Assembly: GCA_035541435.1 (NCBI GenBank)
Contig: DATKNL010000002.1
Span: forward strand, 3,962-67,961
DNA length: 64,000 nt
Reading direction: 5' to 3'
Origin: Minisyncoccota bacterium
GTDB taxonomy: Bacteria; Patescibacteriota; Minisyncoccia; UBA6257; 2-01-FULL-56-20
Shown here: piece by piece, positions 59,082 to 64,000 of the stretch
Layout of the letters: each line of letters begins with the position of its first letter
How positions within the stretch are numbered: the first letter of the stretch is position 1
Translations under genes and position numbers: made by a program
The notes under the pieces: generated by a model
Seen by the model: the letters and a program-made list of their open reading frames with translations, nothing else
What the model was told of the DNA's origin: nothing
Databases searched by the model: none

Positions 59082-59723
59082 TCAAGGCACGATGACGCTC
59101 CCGGCGGAAGGAGCGCCCCACACCGGGACCACGCTGTCTTCACAGAAGTCGTTGAGCACAGGCGTGTAGCCGGCGAGATACAGAAGCGGGACACGGCCCC
59201 CGACGAGGCCCCCATCGCACCGCGAGCCTACAAGATACATGCAGTGATGGCTGAGAACCATCGGGAACAGGATCACGTGGATGATGCCGCGGAAGGCATC
59301 GTATGGATTACGCTTCTCGTTGGCAATGTTTTGCCGCGAGACCATCGCATTCACATTCAGCCGTGCGCGGCCGTCTTCGACATCCACGAGCAGATGAGCC
59401 GAGTGCGGAACTTCCACGGTGGCCGTGATGTCAACTATATCGAGATGGTTGACGCCAGTCTCGCCGTTCAGCTCGACGTGAGCCATCAGTTCGTTCAGAT
59501 CGAGCACTTTTGGGCGCGGCGGCACAAAGAGGAAGAATCCCTTCTCCGGCAGCCGATTGCGGAACGGGTCGGCATCGCCGTAGGTGGCGAGCTTCCGGTC
59601 CACGAGGCCTTCGACCTGATAGTCAAAGAATTCGCTCGCGCTGGGTAGCATGGGCGGCGGGGCGATGAGCCCCTGATACTGTTCGGCGGATACGACACGT
59701 TTCTCCTTCGCTGTCTGGGGCAT
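59082..59723 (-). CDS. Hypothetical protein (213 aa)
   Basis: AAGGAGG-N4-ATG at 59723. Confidence 0.4.
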   Translation of the reverse strand: MPQTAKEKRVVSAEQYQGLIAPPPMLPSASEFFDYQVEGLVDRKLATYGDADPFRNRLPEKGFFLFVPPRPKVLDLNELMAHVELNGETGVNHLDIVDITATVEVPHSAHLLVDVEDGRARLNVNAMVSRQNIANEKRNPYDAFRGIIHVILFPMVLSHHCMYLVGSRCDGGLVGGRVPLLYLAGYTPVLNDFCEDSVVPVWGAPSAGSVIVP

Positions 59724-59891
59724 AGCCCCTCCTTTCGTTGTCTTGCGATGCCTTGATGATACCAAAAATCTGAAATTATTTTATCGTATTACTTACTCTA
59801 TGTCAATAGGCGCAAATTTTAAGCTGTTGCCATTCCCGCATTTCGGCGACAAATTGGTTCCAATGGACTCGCGGGTAGTCCACACGCGATA

Positions 59892-60524
59892 TCACCCAAG
59901 CGACTGGCCGGTGAGCAGCGAGAAGATGCCCGTCATGATGGGCACGAGGAGCTGGAAGCCGAAGAAGACGAAGATGAGCACGATGAAGAACCCGTAGCGC
60001 TCGAGCGCATAGGCGGCCCGCGCGGTCGCGGGCGTCTGCGGCAGCGCGGCGAAGAGCACCCGCGACCCGTCGAGGGGCGGGATGGGGACGAGGTTGAAGA
60101 CGCCGAGCAGGATGTTCACGTAGCACACGAGTGCGAGGAGCGTGATGAAGAGCGGCGACACGGTCGTATAGGTGAGCACGCGCACGATGAGGCCGAACAC
60201 GAGCGCGAGGGCGAAGTTGGTGAGCGGCCCGGCGACCGCGATGAGCGCTCCCCCGGTCCGCGGGTCCTTCAGGTTGTTCGGGTTGTACGGGACGGGCTTC
60301 GCCGCCGCGAAGAAGAACGACCCGCCCGAGGCCAGATAGAGGAAGACCGGCATGAGCACCGATCCGATCGGGTCGAGGTGCTTCAGCGGGTTCAGTGTGA
60401 GGCGGCCGGCGCGCTCCGCGGTGTCGTCGCCGAGGCGCTGCGCGACATAGCCGTGCGCGACCTCGTGGAGCACCGCCGAAAAGATGAGCACGATGAATTC
60501 GAAAATGGTAAGCGGGAGGTTCAT
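59892..60524 (-). CDS. Site-2 protease family (peptidase M50) membrane metalloprotease
   Basis: HEVAHG (HExxH), NLVPIPPLDG motifs. Confidence 0.7.
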   Translation of the reverse strand: MNLPLTIFEFIVLIFSAVLHEVAHGYVAQRLGDDTAERAGRLTLNPLKHLDPIGSVLMPVFLYLASGGSFFFAAAKPVPYNPNNLKDPRTGGALIAVAGPLTNFALALVFGLIVRVLTYTTVSPLFITLLALVCYVNILLGVFNLVPIPPLDGSRVLFAALPQTPATARAAYALERYGFFIVLIFVFFGFQLLVPIMTGIFSLLTGQSLG

Positions 60525-60545
60525 GCCGGTATACAGATATAGTAC

Positions 60546-60568
60546 CAAAAACCGCGCCGGAGCGCGGT
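60546..60568 (-). terminator. rplU terminator
   Basis: accgcgc cgga gcgcggt + uuuuu on minus. Confidence 0.6.
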
Positions 60569-60585
60569 TGGTTCGGTCCGACGGG

Positions 60586-60888
60586 CTAGATCTTCACGAT
60601 CTCGACCTCGGCATAGTCCTGACGGTGCCCCTTCTTGCGGCGCCGGCGGGTCTTCGAGTGGTATTTGAACGTGATCTTCTTCTCGCCGCGCACGGCCCGC
60701 ACGAGGCGCCCTTCGGCGGCTCCCGCGAGGTGCGGCATGCCGATCTCAACCTTGCCGTTCGCGGAACGGAGGAGGACCTTGAACGAAGCCGCGCCCTCCG
60801 CGGGCCCGAGCTTCTCAACCTGGATCTTCTGGCCCGGCGTCACTTTGTATTGCTTGCCGCCGGTCGTGATGATGGCAAAATCAGGCAT
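60586..60888 (-). CDS. rplU: 50S ribosomal protein L21
   Basis: FAIITTGGKQYKVTPGQKIQVEKL. Confidence 0.85.
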   Translation of the reverse strand: MPDFAIITTGGKQYKVTPGQKIQVEKLGPAEGAASFKVLLRSANGKVEIGMPHLAGAAEGRLVRAVRGEKKITFKYHSKTRRRRKKGHRQDYAEVEIVKI

Positions 60889-61228
60889 TGACGTTCAGGA
60901 TAGCAGCACAGGCGAGAAAAAGCAAGACGGCGAAGATGAGCGTGCCGCCCGCGAGCACCTTGCCTAGGAACCCGTCACGCTGCTCGAATTCGAGCGCGAT
61001 GAAGAAGTTCATAAGGACGACGATGACGCCGAGCACCCCCGCGAACGCGACGGGGGTCGCGTCGCCGACCGACGTGATGCCGGTCATGTCGTTGAAGTGC
61101 ATGATGTACGGCCCGGTCCCCGACGCGAGGAGCGAGGCATAGGCCCAGGCCGATCCGCCGGCCACGAAGACCAGCGAAAGGAGCGCGAGGCCGCTCACCG
61201 CCCGGTACCGGATCGCCTTCTGCAGCAT
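60881..61228 (-). CDS. Hypothetical small membrane protein
   Basis: 3 TM helices; overlaps rplU start by 8 nt. Confidence 0.45.
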   Translation of the reverse strand: MLQKAIRYRAVSGLALLSLVFVAGGSAWAYASLLASGTGPYIMHFNDMTGITSVGDATPVAFAGVLGVIVVLMNFFIALEFEQRDGFLGKVLAGGTLIFAVLLFLACAAILNVNA

Positions 61229-61229
61229 G

Positions 61230-62246
61230 TCAGCCGCGGCGCCCCCGCAGGATGGCGGCGGCCTTGTCGGGGTCGACCGTGTTGATGTCGATCCACGTCG
61301 AAAGCTCGAATCCCGCCGAGATCGAGATCTTGGGGATGATCTCGACGTGCCAATGATGATAGCGATAATCGCGGTGGCGGTAGTTCCCCTGGTTGAGCGG
61401 CGCGTCGTGCACGAAGAAGTTGAGGTCGGGGTCGTTCACGTTCCGGCGCAGCCGCTTCATGACCGCCTGCACGAGGAGCGCGACGCCCGTCACGACGGAC
61501 TTCGGCGTCTCGCGGAACGACGCGAAGTGCTTCTTGGGGATCACGGCGACCTCGAAGGGGTACTTCGAGGCGTACGGCGCGATCGCGATCGCGTGCGCGT
61601 TCTCGTCGACGACGCGGACCTTCGCCTTTTTCTCGAACTTCACGATGTCGCACCGGATGCAGCGGCGGTGGCGCACGAAATAATGGTGCGCGCCGCGGAG
61701 CGAGTTGATCGTGTGCGTCGGCACGAGCGGCAGCGTGAGCACCTGGTAATGCGGGTGCCACACCGACGCGCCCGAGCTCGGGCCGTAGTTCAGGAACGAC
61801 GACACGTACTGCGCGCACTTGTCCTTGCCCGCCATGATGTGGCACGCCTGGATGATCTCGAACACCTTCGCCGCGGTCTCGCGGTCGAGGTCGGCGAAGC
61901 CCTTGTTGTGGTCGCGCGTGATGATGAGCTGGTGCGAGCCCACGCCGGTCTTGCCGCGGAACATGCCTTGCTCGAAGGGCACCGAGCAGACGTTGCTCGG
62001 CATGAGCGCCGGATATTTGTTGTTGATCACCGCGATCTTCCACTTGTCCCCGAGGAGCTCGCCTTCGGGATACGTGAGGACGGGCGGCCAATTGCCGGAC
62101 TTCTGCAGGTCCTCGAAGGGACACTCGCGGAGCGGCGTCGGCGTGCGCTTGGGCCTGCGGGCGTCGAGGAACTTCGGGCGCGCGGCGCGGCCCGGAGCAA
62201 GGATCACCCAGTCCCCCGAGATGATGTCTTGGCGTAGTTCACTCAT
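61230..62246 (-). CDS. Galactose-1-phosphate uridylyltransferase-like (GalT/HIT superfamily)
   Basis: WHPHYQV (HxHxQ-like) motif, CPFE Zn-site remnant, DWVILAPGRAARP. Confidence 0.5.
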   Translation of the reverse strand: MSELRQDIISGDWVILAPGRAARPKFLDARRPKRTPTPLRECPFEDLQKSGNWPPVLTYPEGELLGDKWKIAVINNKYPALMPSNVCSVPFEQGMFRGKTGVGSHQLIITRDHNKGFADLDRETAAKVFEIIQACHIMAGKDKCAQYVSSFLNYGPSSGASVWHPHYQVLTLPLVPTHTINSLRGAHHYFVRHRRCIRCDIVKFEKKAKVRVVDENAHAIAIAPYASKYPFEVAVIPKKHFASFRETPKSVVTGVALLVQAVMKRLRRNVNDPDLNFFVHDAPLNQGNYRHRDYRYHHWHVEIIPKISISAGFELSTWIDINTVDPDKAAAILRGRRG

Positions 62247-63903
62247 GAGCTATCCTGTTCTCATAATACCAGCTGAGGACGTCCTTGGCGATCGGCACCG
62301 CGTTCAGGCTCCCTTCGCGCGAGTTCTCGATGAGGATGAGGATCGCGATCTGCGGATCGTCGCAGGGAGCATAGCCGACGAAGAGCGCGTTTTCCTGCTG
62401 GTTGTTCTGCACCTGGGCGCTGCCGGTCTTCGCGCATACCGGGAACGGCAAGTCATGCAGGGTATACGCCGTGCCGAGCGGCGACGTTACCCCCGCGCGC
62501 ATCCCCTGCTGCACGTCCTGGATCTGCGGAAGCAGCGACGTGAGGTCCTCGTTCACCTTGGGCGTCGAGCTTTGGTTCAGATAGGGCCGCCAGACGGTGC
62601 CGCCGTTCGCGATCGCGCCGATGTATGACAGAAGCTGCACGGGCGTGACGAGCAGGTCGCCCTGGCCGATCGCGACGTTATAGGTGTCGCCCAAGAGCCA
62701 CGGCGTGCCGGACTTCTGCCGCTTCCAGTCGGGCGTGGGCAAAAAGCCGTCCGCCTCGCCGGGCAGGTCGATGCCGGTCGCCGTACCGAGGCCGAACCTC
62801 TGCCACCAGCCGTGCAGCGCGTCGATGCCGAGCCCCTTCACGCCATAGTCGCTCGCGTCGTTCAGCATCGGCGTCGAGGCCGGCGATCCGCCGACCGTGA
62901 CATAGAAATAGACGTCGGACGACTGCGCGAGCGCCGACGCGAGGTCGACGTTCCCCTGATAGCGCCAGTCGAGGTACTTCGTCGGCGTCGACGAGTTGTA
63001 GGGGTTCGGAACCATGAGGTAGCCCGGCGAGAAGATCTCGCGCTTGGGGTCGATCACGCCGTCCTTCAGGATGGCCACGCCGTCGAGCGGCTTGATGGTC
63101 GAGCCGGGGTTATAGAAGCCCGAGACCGCGCGGTCGAAGAGCGGCCGCAGGTTCGAGGTCAGCAGGTTCTCGATCTCGGCCGTGTTCGAGGCCGGGTCGG
63201 AGAACACGTTGTCGTTGTAGCCCGGCAGGTTGACGAGCGAAAGCACCTGGCCGTTGCGCGGGTCGATCGCGAGCCCGAGGCCCACCTGGCGCCCGAGCGA
63301 TGCGAGTCCCGACGCGAGGCGGCTGTGCAGCTCGGCCTGCAGGCCGCCGTCGACGGTGAGATGCACGCTCCCGCCGATCGCGGGGTTCGACCGCTCCTCG
63401 GTGCGCAGCACCTTGCCCTGCGCGTTTTTGAACTGCACGTCCACGCCGGGGACGCCCTCGAGCGTGCTGTCATATTCCTTCTCGATGCCGGCCTTGCCGA
63501 CGAAGTCCTGCGCGGTGAGCTTCGGGTTGCCCTTGAGGTCGGCCTGGGTCACGCGGCCGATATAGCCCACGACCGACGAGAAGACGGCGCCCTGCGGATA
63601 GGTCCGTTCGAAGTCGCTCGAGAGCCTGATCGCCGGCTCGCCCACGCCGAGCGCCTGCACGTTCACGAGCTGCGCCTGGGTCAGGTTGTCGGCGAGGACG
63701 ACGGGCGTCGCGAAGTCCTGCGCCTGGCTTTCCGCAAGCATGGACCAGAGCGTGTCCGAAGCCGTGCCGAAGATCCTGCGGACCTCGGCCACGGTCGACG
63801 ACTGCGCGTCGGGCGTCTCCTTGATGAACTGCCGCGCGTCGAGATAGGCGGCGAACACCGCCTTGTTCGCGACGAGCTCGTCCCCTTCGCGGTCATAGAT
63901 CAT
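62239..63903 (-). CDS. mrdA: Penicillin-binding protein 2 (peptidoglycan D,D-transpeptidase); N-terminus may extend past the window end
   Basis: SxxK (GSTIKP), SxN, KTG (CAKTGSA) motifs. Confidence 0.8.
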   Translation of the reverse strand: MIYDREGDELVANKAVFAAYLDARQFIKETPDAQSSTVAEVRRIFGTASDTLWSMLAESQAQDFATPVVLADNLTQAQLVNVQALGVGEPAIRLSSDFERTYPQGAVFSSVVGYIGRVTQADLKGNPKLTAQDFVGKAGIEKEYDSTLEGVPGVDVQFKNAQGKVLRTEERSNPAIGGSVHLTVDGGLQAELHSRLASGLASLGRQVGLGLAIDPRNGQVLSLVNLPGYNDNVFSDPASNTAEIENLLTSNLRPLFDRAVSGFYNPGSTIKPLDGVAILKDGVIDPKREIFSPGYLMVPNPYNSSTPTKYLDWRYQGNVDLASALAQSSDVYFYVTVGGSPASTPMLNDASDYGVKGLGIDALHGWWQRFGLGTATGIDLPGEADGFLPTPDWKRQKSGTPWLLGDTYNVAIGQGDLLVTPVQLLSYIGAIANGGTVWRPYLNQSSTPKVNEDLTSLLPQIQDVQQGMRAGVTSPLGTAYTLHDLPFPVCAKTGSAQVQNNQQENALFVGYAPCDDPQIAILILIENSREGSLNAVPIAKDVLSWYYENRIAHE

Positions 63904-64000
63904 GCCGCGGGGCGCCGGCGTCTCCTGTCCCTGCGCGACGTTCGCCGCGGCGCGCGCGGCATAATAGCCGTAGCCCGAGGCGTTCAGATAGACGACCCGT

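Noticed and set aside
58468-59648. ORFs 58468-59121(-) and 58503-59648(+)
   Set aside because: Overlap the tRNA-Ala gene and the better-supported HTH and 213-aa genes; no RBS

Overview
High-GC (~65%) bacterial chromosomal window, almost entirely coding, with most genes on the minus strand. The core is a ribosomal/translation super-cluster that is broken up by insertions: rpsL-rpsG | GxxExxY cassette | fusA | xseAB, zf-UBP and small genes | tuf-rpsJ | β-propeller gene | rplC-rplD-rplW-rplB-rpsS-rplV-rpsC-rplP-rpmC-rpsQ-rplN-rplX-rplE-rpsZ-rpsH-rplF-rplR-rpsE-rplO-secY, then adk-map. The cluster has no rpmD (L30). Other content: RNase P RNA (rnpB, minus strand, previously hidden under spurious ORFs), tRNA-Ala(TGC), a 3069-aa secreted giant protein (Asp-box/BNR repeats plus at least 15 Fn3-like repeats), a translationally coupled operon downstream of it (receiver, MacB-like ABC pair, DHH phosphoesterase, RNase HI), mgtA/mgtC/PHP, aspS (no GAD domain), ndk, pgk, greA, an N-terminally truncated RF1-like protein, a VirD4/TraD-like ATPase, a GT-C PMT/ArnT-like glycosyltransferase with a GT2 DPM1-like partner, xseAB, rplU, a site-2 protease, a GalT-like protein and PBP2. 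Many genes carry a -10 hexamer 6-7 nt upstream of the ATG, which looks like leaderless-mRNA architecture. The many long plus-strand ORFs antisense to real genes are high-GC artefacts.
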